A stretch of 64,000 nucleotides of DNA, taken from Leptogorgia sarmentosa. Taxonomy: Eukaryota. Location of the stretch: assembly GCA_964658305.1 (NCBI GenBank), contig OZ210884.1, forward strand, positions 5,270,001-5,334,000. Reading direction: 5' to 3'. The position numbers and the translations under genes were made by a program. Under the pieces are notes generated by a model. That model made no database searches and was not told the origin of the DNA. It worked only from the letters and a program-made list of their open reading frames with translations. Shown here piece by piece: positions 27,021 to 38,900 of this stretch (the first letter of the stretch is position 1; each line of letters starts with the position of its first letter).

Positions 27021-28635
27021 TATAACCACTTTCCATACAAACAGCTGTATAATTATTACTATTAACATGACTCGGAGTCTCGAGAGCCAATTTATTTACT
27101 GAAGCTAAAAGGTTTCTTTATCCCCATGGAACGTGACGTCACTCAAACAATGACACTGTAGCAATTATCAGATTCGTCAAACTAAGTGCATATACGTTTG
27201 AATATGTCGCCTTTTCCTCATACATTTTACTCACATATTGATTTACCACTATAGGAGCGACACACTCATCCTAAAACAACCAAAAATCAAAGAAACCAAA
27301 TGATAGATTTTCCCAATTGCGTGTTAAACACGAGGAATTTAATTCCAAGACTTAATTTGTTTTCATAATGTTAAATACATAATTGTGTATGATACTTAGT
27401 TTGTATTTTCAATAGATGTGTACGTTATCTGTTCAAATGGTCAATTATGTAGTAAAAAGTCTTTCAGTTTAAATCAGTAAAGATTTTCTTTTTAAAATCA
27501 TGGTGTTGCTGTGTTGTTGCCAAATATTTCAAATCGTTGGTGAACGCAGAAGAGAACCGACGAAACATTACTTCGGAACAGCACTTCTAAAGCTTTTATT
27601 ACCGTTTATATCTAACGTCGACAGTTGTCTAACAAAGGAAAAGTTCAGTTTATTCCGCTAATTCCAAATTTATATTCTCGTCATTTCTATCATCTTTACT
27701 GGATTTCAAAGCAAAGGTAAGTGTTCATGCGACAGTGGCATTTGTGCATGTCAGCATGCATGTGAATTTATATATTACAATATATAGCCTGCATCTTTGA
27801 CATCATTCAGTGTATTGAGTATTTAACACACAGCAATATCAGTAATATACTCGGTATTTATAAAAATTTCTGGGCCGTTTTCCAGTAAGCAACTTAAAAT
27901 GAAGGAACATATTAAACTAGGTATTACCAGGAAATGGGTAAATTTTTCTCATTTCGCAGTGTATATAGCAAGTATAGGTGATTAACACGCGTTTAATTTG
28001 TCCAAGACATACTAGGTGAATAATTAATCTGCATGCACAGATTTGTATGCGTGTCGTTGGTATAAATATTTTGCTTCATCGAATTTGAATAATTGTTTGA
28101 TCATATATCTTTGGTGACTGCTTACGTACGTGCTTCTGCTCATGATAAAATAATTAGCTACCCAAATTATTTTGATGCTTATCTCTCATATTATTTTTGT
28201 TCAGACTAATCTTTAAACTATGTCCGGTCTATTACTTCGAAATCAACCTGTGCGACTAGGTAGTCCCAACTAAATTCCCCTCTATTTTAGCTTTAAACAG
28301 ACACTATAGCAGTGTGCATGCATGCAATGGTAATTTCTGGCTCATCTGCAGAACATACAAACTAACAAACATTAAACGAAGTCTGATCTATATTTCTATT
28401 AGATGTGTATGCTGAAACGATTTTGGTTTCTGATATCTGTTTTGATATTTTTGCCATCAGAAATAATAGGTAAGAATTTACAGATATATACGGATATATG
28501 ATATTATAGAATTCTTTTGTTCATTTTTCAGGATCTGAATTTCGTGCGCAATTTAAGTTGGTGCGATAACGGTTTCCTAATACATTTTTCATTCTCATCT
28601 TTAATGATGTTACTGTATTCTTCGTTACTTTGCAG

Positions 28636-30426
28636 GTACTCCTACGATTGGATTTGATCGCAATTTTTTTTATGATCTTGAGGGTGGCACTGTGGAACTT
28701 TGTTTGGAAGTAAAAGATTTTGCAGGACCTATTACCGGAACGTAAGCGAGCTAGAGAATTAAGTCTGTCTCTGTTTTTACTTAGCTACACGCCATTTTCG
28801 CGTCCTCGTCCGGCCGACGTCGCGTCGTGTTTGCTGAAGCACTCTTTGAACTCATGCACCGCTTGAACTCATTCACGAATTATTGAAAAGAGGTGACTCT
28901 TTTGAGGGCGCAGTGGGTTGTGTTGGTAACAAATTAAAAGCATATATGGAGAGAAAGAATTAGCCATGTTGCCGCTGACAAATTTTGAGAGCGCGCAAAC
29001 TGTTTACATTTGGGTCAATGTGTGAAAACAGTCTAATTTTGGTTTTTAATTAAAAAGTTTCCAGCAGACATGGTTTTGATAAAATACGTTTCGATATGGA
29101 GATTAAATTAATATGAATACATAGGAATTACATGCAGAGGTCTAACTGTTATACTCACTTTTACATGAATATAATGTACTAACGCCAAATAAATTTGACT
29201 CAATTTCACTCTCCCCATTCTGCCCCCCCCCCTCCCCCATCCCCCTTCAATCAACGTTTTAGTTGAGGAGGGAGTGATTAATACCAATTTAAACATGTTC
29301 TTCAATTAAGGATAACCACCATTGCAGACGGAACGGCAACAGAAGGAATGGATTACGTCGCCGCAGTATTGCCGGTTAATATAGCGACAGATCCTTCAGG
29401 TCCAGATTGCTCATATCATATACAGTTACAATCGGATACTCAATATGAAGGATTCGAAACTTTTTCTGTGGTTTTTACCACAAGTACTGCGGGTGTCCAA
29501 GTAAAACGAGGTGTTGCTCAAGTCAGTATCATTGATGATGATGGTAAATATTTTTTTCCTTTCAAGATTAATTTATTTCATTGTGCTAAGCCGTGGTTTG
29601 AAGACGGTTTGAGTTCCGAAAAACTAAACTTACAGTGTCTGGGATTTGCCAAAAAAAAAACAAACAGTTTGAGAATAAATCATTGTATCTAAATATGAAT
29701 ATTAATGCCCAGCAAGCGATTTTTAATGCATATATTAAAACCATTCAGTTTTATATAAAATTTATTGCAAACGTTTCGTTGCTACATCGCAAAATCCAAT
29801 GTATCATTGGCTCCCAAATTGGCTGCATTCAGCATTATGTTTGTATTTACACCATGCACGTGCAATCATGTTGCATATAAACTATTAAGCATAATTTTGT
29901 GGTTTCAGACATGGATGAATGTAAGCAAGGTACTGATAACTGTCACGACACATTAGCGGAATGTATAAACACTGATGGCTCATTCAAATGCCAATGTATT
30001 GAAGGATATTCTGGAGATGGTGTTACATGTGTAGGTGAGCGGGACGGTTATATCATATTTATCTCTCCTGTAAGTACTGGTAATAAGGAGGAGGCGGGAG
30101 TATGTTATGTATTTGGATGAGACGATGTTTGTGAACAAAACATCAGTAAATTCCGCATTCATTTACTTTGTTGACCGATAAATAATTAACTGACCAAACT
30201 CTTGCAATTGGTTGATATAAAATTTAATAGACTGGAAATAGTCCAATCAATGCATGAATAGCATACAAATATATAGTGACTTGTTCAATTCGCCTTTTTT
30301 AAAGTTCATGTAATTTATTTTCCTTAAAACTATATTTTCAGAAATATAGATGAATGTGCAACGGGAACAGATCATTGTTTTGGCGAATCTCTATGTACCA
30401 ACACTGTGGGTCAAATTCCCGCATAA
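28636..30426 (+). pseudogene. Inverted, truncated paralog of the Calx-beta/EGF gene (Calx-beta + 1 complete EGF + half EGF)
   Basis: Exons 28636-28741 (PTIGFDRNFFYDLEG), 29311-29543 (ATEGMDY...EGFETFSV...VSIIDDD), 29909-30034 (complete EGF), same phases as the 4464-13830 gene. Next exon at about 30342 has 2 extra nt after the usual acceptor and stops (TAA 30424-30426) after NTVG. No further EGF/TM exons seen; candidate signal exon ending 27716 has an in-frame TAA and no ATG. Confidence 0.65.
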
Positions 30427-32276
30427 ATATATACATAAATAGTGGATCGACAATATAGCATATATAGACCACAGTAACTATATGATAAGACTTTTTATAA
30501 TTAAAATGTTTAGCTTCCTAACAAATTAACGACGTTTCTGAGATTTACTCCATCTTCAGGTACTCGTTAATATTATAGTTATAATATATATAAGTTCAGG
30601 GTTAGCGTTTGATACTGAATTAATCGAAGAGCATGCATGCATAGATATAAATTGCATGTATCAACCTCGTATACCTCGTGCAATCTAACTGTAACAATAA
30701 AGATTTGAAGGCCCGGCCCGCTTACACTGCAAGTTAATTTTGTTGGCTTTCTCGTGCGATTTTTTTTCTTTTGATGAATGTGAATATGAGTAGAGTTACG
30801 AATGTTTCGGTTTATGAGATCCCCACTCAATCTATAAGCATTAAATAATTCATCTCATGATTGTTCACATCCGTCACTCAGGTGAAAACCGCACCCAAAA
30901 TTACAGTAAAAATTAATGTAGAGTGATTAAGCATGTTATACATAACTCTGAGATAGTTCCTGTTATCCTATAAACATCTCATGCAGCCTATAATCATACA
31001 CATAATATGTTGTAATTTCTGATACTAACGTTTTTGTAGAACTTTGTTTTTAATTAATGATACTCTTGTACTCTTTTTTTTTTGTACTCTTGATAAAATA
31101 AATCAGTTGTCTTGTTATAAAAAATATATCTGTGAAATTATTATTAAAAATAAATTATCTGTGAATATAATACGAATACGAAAATCATCGAGGCCTCCTA
31201 ATGAAAGAGAAATTAAGTAATTAGTAATTTACACACAGGCTAAATTGGAAAACCTTTTTAAACTCAATTCAGTAGCGTTTTACTGCTTTTAATCCTTTTT
31301 ATGTGAGTTTCTCATGCACAGGCTATTGTCTTTACCAGCTAAAAAAGTAAAAAGAACGTATATTGCGTTAATTTGTCAATGAAAGCCACGATTCGTGCCC
31401 ACGATAGTAAGGACAAAATAGCTTTAGAAAAAGCCCGTATAAGTGCTGTTGCGATCTTGCGCATTTGGCACTGTCAAATATCGTATCGGATAACTTGGGC
31501 ATTGGGCAACTCAACACAGCACCACTATAATGATCATTTTACATCGTCCCGCCAATTTTAAACTTGAGGTAGACTACCGGAGTAATTATATTGATAGAGA
31601 TCTATAATTTCAATGTATGATAATTCATTACAATTGAGGCAGGAGGGATGGGGAAGAATTTCACATCGTTTTACTATAGGTATATAACTTTAGTATCATT
31701 GTTTTCAGAACTTGGCAACTGTTTACGATTGGATATTGCTCTACGAAAATTTAGTATTCTGCGGGTATTCGATTCCTTCAACATGTACCCCCCCAAAAAA
31801 AAGTGTCATCAGCGGTTACCTTTCGCAGCTCACCAATGTAAAGATGCATGATGATGCTCTTATTATAATATTTTATCTGTACAGCCACCTGCCGCATCAG
31901 GGTGCAATGCCACTTTAACGAATTAAAAATTAATCAAATATATATGACCCCAGCATTGAATTGCCTTGTTCCTTACGAAATCCAATTATATTTATGCAAA
32001 TTGTTTTATTATGCATGCATTTGTATTATTTCTAGCGTAAAATACAAGTGTAACTTACAAGGATTGTATTCGACTGTGCTGCAAAAATTTGGCACAGTGT
32101 AGTAACTACAAATTGCATAGCTAGTATATATAAAGTCTTTAAAGTACATGCTGATGATTCCGTGATCAACACTGACAAAAGTAAACATTAACAGTCATGC
32201 TAGCTATTATCTCTCTGTTCCTTATATTACTATGTGTCTATGTTTAGAATTAAAATCCAGCTTCTGCAATTAAAAT

Positions 32277-32873
32277 TCACAGATCGAGTACGCCTTCGTC
32301 TTTTGGACATTCGGCATCATAATGTATGGCTGGTGCTTGCGAATAAGGACCTCTGGAATTTCTGTATCTCAGGACAGGAATAAGACCAGTTATCATCCAT
32401 ATTAACCCAACTATGATGAAGGCATACCCAACGACAGACACAGATGTTGAATGAATTAAAAAGCGAAATACCGAGGCCCAAATTACACCAGCAAGAAGAA
32501 TTAGGAAACCAAATACAATAAACTGATAACCACGCCGTCGAAAGAACTCGCCGAATTCACGACCTGTATTGCAATCGACGTCATCTATAAAAAGCCTGTG
32601 CTTGCCAACGACTCCAGTTAAAGACAAGGCATTGTAGACCAAATTGAAATCATGGCCGTGATCTTGCCAATGATATGAACCGCCTTTACAACAAAGCGGG
32701 CTACAAGGATTGTCTGTTAAGTCGTTCTCTCGCTCTTCGTTGTCAACAAATAGTTTGTATTTGTCTTCACAACAGTTTACATCTCGTTTTAGTTGAACTA
32801 CGTACTGTCTGCGACCTTCGTCTTCGCTTGTGATATTTGTCGCCCACGTACTTGTTGTTCGACAGAAAGGCAT
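32277..32873 (-). CDS. Uncharacterised 198-aa protein: Cys-containing beta-rich N-domain (possibly FAIM1-like) + two TM helices
   Basis: Intact single-exon ATG-TGA ORF in AT-rich DNA; hydrophobic segments YQFIVFGFLILLAGVIWASVFRFLI and VSVVGYAFIIVGLIWMITGLIPVL. Confidence 0.75.
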   Translation of the reverse strand: MPFCRTTSTWATNITSEDEGRRQYVVQLKRDVNCCEDKYKLFVDNEERENDLTDNPCSPLCCKGGSYHWQDHGHDFNLVYNALSLTGVVGKHRLFIDDVDCNTGREFGEFFRRRGYQFIVFGFLILLAGVIWASVFRFLIHSTSVSVVGYAFIIVGLIWMITGLIPVLRYRNSRGPYSQAPAIHYDAECPKDEGVLDL

Positions 32874-34476
32874 TACTTCGCTAAAAATTTACTCCTTTTG
32901 TCTAAAATAACACTTTCCGTGTCTCCAGACTAATCAATAGGTCTTTTAGACAAGAGAATTTCTGTAATAACCGTTTTAATCAGGTAAAACATTTGGTTTG
33001 TGTTGATATTTGTGGGGTTGCGTCGTATCGCCACGGGCGGTTTCCTAACATAATTTGTCATTTTGAATGTTTGATTGATCTTGCGGGTATTACGTAACAA
33101 ACTAGAAAAGTTCTCAGAATTTTTTGTTACCATAAAATACGAGTATGGTAGTTTTTACAGCACGTAGAGTAATTTCAATACATCTTAATTCTTCGTTAAA
33201 AAAGTTTAATCATGCTGTTTAGCCTGTTTTATAACAATAATCATACCGGAAATGGCTATACATTTTACATTCACTTCATTTCCGCTTCTTCATTGTTGGG
33301 AATATAAAGGTAAAACCTGAAACGTGGAAACGTAAGCAGCGCGGACAACGACCAAGACCAACACGACTGAAGCAAATTAGCAAAACGACGTCCAGTATTG
33401 GAAAGCGCTATCGGACATCCGCCGAAAGTAGGTTGCTCCTAAATCTATCACCAAAATATTGGTTTCCAAGCACTAAATCAACCTGAAACTAACCCAACCC
33501 AAAATATAAAACTAATCCAAACCCTAAAAGCTAACCCTAAAAAAAACCTTAAAACCTAACCCGAATGCGTATTCCAAAACAGACGACAGAAACCATAGGG
33601 AGCCTCGTTCTTAACCTCGTTCCCAGGGTCTCTCCGGTCTACACTGAACCACAATCTTGATGAGGCGTCAGACATAAATATAAAAACTCATTCATAGTAA
33701 TAATAAATTGTTGACTGTTTCGCTCAATGTCAGAGCACGCCCGCGAACCACAGGAAATTAATAAACATGTCAAGGTCAGTATAATTGTTTCATATACTCG
33801 TCCCCCCCCCCCTGGCTATTTTTTGGTCGGTTGCGACCATTTTGAATTCAGCCCGGCACAGCTGCAAGCTACATATCAAATTTTAAAAAAATAAAAAATG
33901 TCTGTTACATTTGCATTCAAGGAGTGGAAGTTTCTTTTCTTTACAGCGAAAAAGTAATTCAGAATGTAATTAATAGTACGACGGAATAGTCTTAGCTGTC
34001 ATTAATAATAAACTTACATTTAATTAATATTTATATGTTGCTAAATTATTGTCAACACACAACACAACACACAACACAACAGCAGCTGGACCTGTGCCTG
34101 TTTTTAATTTCAGCTCAGTTACAATTTATTTTCTAATTTTACGGTTTTTCTTGTTTACACACGCAAGCCGAAAACTGCAGCGCATGCTTGAAGGACGAAA
34201 CACCACGTGTTCATTGTATTACACACCAGCTCCCACAGCCTGCGACGAAACAGGTTTTAGGTTTACACAATGAAGTAAGTACAATTAAATACAATGACTG
34301 GGCCAAGTCGGAGAGGAGCGCAATATGAAAACGAATGGTTATCATTAAACAACATGTCTGACAAGATATACTGAGAAAAACAACGTAGCTTATAGGTATT
34401 AAAAATACCCTTAGAACAATGAGACAACATGTTTCTACATGTTTGACTTCAGGATAGTGAGATGTGTTGGGTTTTA

Positions 34477-35340
34477 TCAAAACATGCATAATGAAGGACA
34501 CAACTTCTTAACAAGTTTCTTTCCTTCGCTCCTCAACACGTTATTAATCCAGAAAAAGATAACTGCGTTTGCAGTCGAGTTCATAGTAACAACAGTCGAT
34601 GCCCAGAAGAAAAGACAAACTGCAATGTCCGACTTTTTATCTAGCATGTTTAGAAAAACCAGACCGTAGTAAACGAAGATTGGACAGCAAGTTAAGAAAA
34701 ACAAAATAGCTGCCAAAAGACATGTATGATATTTCTTGAACTGGAAAAATTTTTTCCCACCATTTGACGAGGTGTTGTGTCTTGATTTAGCAATGTAAAA
34801 CATCTTGCAATTTAAGGCTATCACCAGAATAACAAACGCAGAAACGAATATGATTGTGTATGGTTGCTCGATCTTAGAAACCCTAAAGTTGGACGTGATT
34901 ATATCCAAGATTAGGGCGCATGTTTGAGTTGCCAGTAGAAAATTAATTAGTCTTCTCTTGGTCACAGATGTTTTGTGAAATATAGGATAAGCTAATCCCA
35001 AATATCGTTCCAACGTCAACGTAAGAAGTCCAAAAAAAGACCAGGTGAAAATGAATTCAGAAATGTGGAAGAAAACATAAAAATGTTGAGAGTGTACACA
35101 ACATCCTTTTATAATCCACAAAATATACCGCAATATCGCCATAGAATGAAGAACAGTTACCTCCAGAAGATCATAACAAGACAAAATAAATATCATAAAA
35201 TATGACAATTTCTTTCGCAATTGAGTTGACTTCCATATGCTCAATGCTACCACAACATTTAGAAATGACCCAACAATCAGAAAGACAACGTTAACGAGAC
35301 AAAACACTATTCCGTTCAACAAAAGATAGTTGTAAGACAT
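34477..35340 (-). CDS. Intronless rhodopsin-family (class A) GPCR, chemoreceptor-like, about 287 aa
   Basis: Seven hydrophobic segments, GSFLN (TM1), LSCYDL (TM2), LERYLGLAYP (TM3), KKYHTC, TCCP (TM6), MNSTANAVIFFW (TM7). First ATG at 35340 aligns with the start of the 38522 paralog. Confidence 0.88.
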   Translation of the reverse strand: MSYNYLLLNGIVFCLVNVVFLIVGSFLNVVVALSIWKSTQLRKKLSYFMIFILSCYDLLEVTVLHSMAILRYILWIIKGCCVHSQHFYVFFHISEFIFTWSFFGLLTLTLERYLGLAYPIFHKTSVTKRRLINFLLATQTCALILDIITSNFRVSKIEQPYTIIFVSAFVILVIALNCKMFYIAKSRHNTSSNGGKKFFQFKKYHTCLLAAILFFLTCCPIFVYYGLVFLNMLDKKSDIAVCLFFWASTVVTMNSTANAVIFFWINNVLRSEGKKLVKKLCPSLCMF

Positions 35341-35939
35341 GACTTTTCTTTCGTTTGGCAAACGTTTTTGAAACAAATAAAGTTTAGTTAATTGTATGCA
35401 GCCTTATTAAAAATCTGAGTATATATTACTATTAAATTAGATATAAATTCTGATGTCATGTTGCATCCGCTACCTACATTGGCTACATAGTGATGTTTCT
35501 CATACTGAAGATAAACATGAAAAATTCACATCCAATAAATCCATCTCAATCAAATTTTCTTTAATTTAAAATTGTACATTTGGCAGAGAGAAAAAGTAGA
35601 TTTAAATTAAAGCCATCAAGGAGTAGTCCAAACTCTCATTAATAATAAACTAATATTTAATTTATGTACGTTGTTAATTGCAAGATTATCATTAACACAC
35701 AACATAGTCGCAGGCATGTTTTTAATTTCACTAGAGTGACAAATCATTTTATTTTCTCTCTTCCGCAGAGGCCTCTTGGGCTTTTTTATTGAATTTTCAG
35801 AATCCATAGGGGATAAATGAGGGTTGCGTAGGGATGAATTGTTGGTGCATCCCCTACATTCGCTACGCAACCACATTTGTCCCCCCATGTCCCTGTGTAT
35901 ATGTTTGTGCATTGATTCTTATTGTAAGTATTCGTTTTT

Positions 35940-38900
35940 TCAAGAGGCTGAAGTTTGTGCTACAGAAGAAAGCTGATCACGTATTTTCCCCAAACCATCC
36001 AACATTGTATCCAATGTCTTTTTACTCAGTTCAACATTTAAACATTCCAGCTCGGGCAACTTGTTCTCCTCACAAACATCTTCCTGGATCTGAGAAGAGA
36101 AAATATGAAATGCAAACCAATAATTACATTTTTATTTTGGGAACTCGTTTTCATGTTTGTTTCATTTTACCCCCGTAATCTCTCTTGAGTTGAAATTGAA
36201 CTAAAAGTTCTGAGCATAACTGAACATACTCAAATACTAAATATAACTATCAACTACAGCGAAACCCCGTTAATACGACCACTGTTCGGCCAGAATATTT
36301 GGGTCGTATTAATGAGGTGGTCGTATTAACGGCGTACTTTCATTGGGAAATACATTAGTATTTTTTATTTCGTGGCAAATAGAAGTGTTCGTAGAAACGA
36401 CAAAATACATTTCACTATTTCACTAAAATTTGCCTTCTCAATCGTGTCATTATTTCGGTGAGGCGTTTATTCGACAACGGCGCTAAATCGATCATTTACG
36501 GTATAAAAAACTATGGTTTTCTCACACCAGTTCCCTGGCTACGAGGTTGTTTGACAGCCATGTCTAATATGTTCACTTATTTTGTGTCGTACCTTTAGTT
36601 GAAGAAGACATGTCGGCATTGACATCCGGGTAATGGCGTCTGACGATGTTTTTACATCCACTCTCCAGTCAAAGTCAACCAGTTTCGGTAAAGAAACTGC
36701 AAGTTAAAGAACTGTGTGATTTGCCGTGTAGGATAATAACACAAGGTCAAATAAAAGGATGAATAAAAATCTGACACCTCTTATATTCAAATTTGCTGCG
36801 AACTTATTGCTGCTGGAATTTCACAATGTCCAGGTGTAAATTGTATCAGTTTCTCTATGTGATGGACTGACTCGACTGATTAATAAAAGATCGTAGAGTT
36901 TCATGCAAATTTCCACGTAAAAACATGCAGCAAAACACTATATTACAGTTTTGGTTGTTGAGCTAGCTATTTGTTCTGAGGGAGGCTCACTTGACCTCAC
37001 CTTGACTAGCCATAGCTTGTGTTTTCCATTCCGACCTGAATAAAAAAAAAAAAGGTACTACGGGTCGTGGATGAGGTCTATATACTAGTTCATATTGCAT
37101 GTACAATCTCGGTGCATGGTAAGACACAACTCACTCAATAATACTTTCTTCTCGCCCCCTGCACACCCAAATTTTATTGATTTTAATATATGTCAACTTC
37201 AATAGGCAAAAACGCATCAGACAACGATTAACCCAACAATCAATGGGAGGAGGACAGATCCTTAGGCTAAATTAAGACCTGTTTAGACTTGCAATTTTAT
37301 TTATATACTTGCTGTGATTTCTAGAGCGATTTTTTGCTTGGAATTCGAAAGTGATGGAGTCTGACATTTTTAGAGAAATTATACTTAATTTATTTTCTTT
37401 AATCAGATAATCAGTGCTGAATATATAAAGAAAATGAATTTTTAAGGAAATTCTCAAAGACCATTAATGTGGGGGAATGGGTAAATATTAGTCGCCTATA
37501 TTATTATATACAATCTTAAGTTTCTCGTCTCTCTAATTGTTCCAATTGCTGCAATGAAAACTGCATTATGTAAATAAGTTGTGAGAACCTTGGGGTGATC
37601 GGATCTTCAGTTCAAATTGTTTTTAGCATATATGCCCAACGTTTACTGTATTCAGTTTATTGCGTATTGAAAGGCACAACTTCTTAACAAGTTTCTTTCC
37701 TTCATTTCTCAACACGTTATTAATCCAGAAAAAGATAACTGCATTTACAGTCGAGTTCATTGTAACAACAGTTGATGACCACGAGAAAAGACACAGTGCA
37801 ATGTCAGAACTTTTATCTAACATGTTGAAAACAACCAGACCGTAGTAAGCGAAGACTGGACAGCAACACAAGAACATCAACACGATTGTCAAAAGACATG
37901 TATGATATTTCTTGTATTCAAAAAATTTCCTTTTACTATTTAATGAGGCAGTGTGGTGCCTGGATGTCTTTGCAATGTAAAACATCTTGAAGTTCAAAAC
38001 CATCACCAAAATAACAAACACAGACACGAACAACAGAGTGTACGCTTGTTGAATCGTAGAAGTCTGGAGGCTAAACGTGACCGTATGCCAAATTAGGCCG
38101 AATGTTTGAGTTGTCAGTAGAAAAATGACAAGCCTTCTCTTGGTCACAGATGTTTTGTGAAATATTGGATAAGCTAAGCCCAAATATCGTTCTAACGTCA
38201 TTGTAAACACTCCAAACAAAGAACAGCCAAATAGAATGTTAGAAATGTAGAAAAACAGAGCAAATTGTTGAGAGTGCATATCGACTTCTTTCCTTACCAA
38301 CAAAACATATCGATATATCGCTGAAGGGTGAAGCACAATTACCACCACAAGATCGTTACAAGACAACATAAATATCATAAAATAAGATAATTTCTTTCGC
38401 AATTGAGTTGACTTCCATATACTCAATGCTACCACAACATTTAGAAATGATCCAACAATCAGAAAGGCAAAGTTAACGAGACAATACGCTATTCCATTCA
38501 ATAAAAGATTGTCGAAAGTCATGGCCTTCGTTTTTCAAACGTTTAATCCTTGTAGTGTAGTTAAGCGCTTCAACATTTAAATAATAATTTTCCTCCTTGC
38601 ACCTGTCACTAGCTATACCAAAAAATGAAGTTTAATTAATGGCGTGCCTTATTAAAACTCCGCGATTATTATATATATATATACCTGCATAGCTACATGT
38701 TAATTTTGATGTTTTTCCGTCATTTTTTTCTAAAATTAATTGTCATATTTTTCAACTGAGTTGGAAATTACAAAAGTACGGTAAATTAGATCTTCATCAT
38801 AATTAAACGACTATTTCCTAACTTCACATGCGAAAATGGTCTGACACCTCGACAATGATGATTGGCGCCTATAGCGAATTATATTGAAGGAGAGATCCCA

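Noticed and set aside
33614..36548. Inverted AACCTCGTTCCCAGGG / CCCTGGCTACGAGGTT ends as a transposon that mobilised the GPCR
   Set aside because: Short imperfect match of a common repeat terminus, no TSD seen, and the interval includes the last COMMD9 exon.
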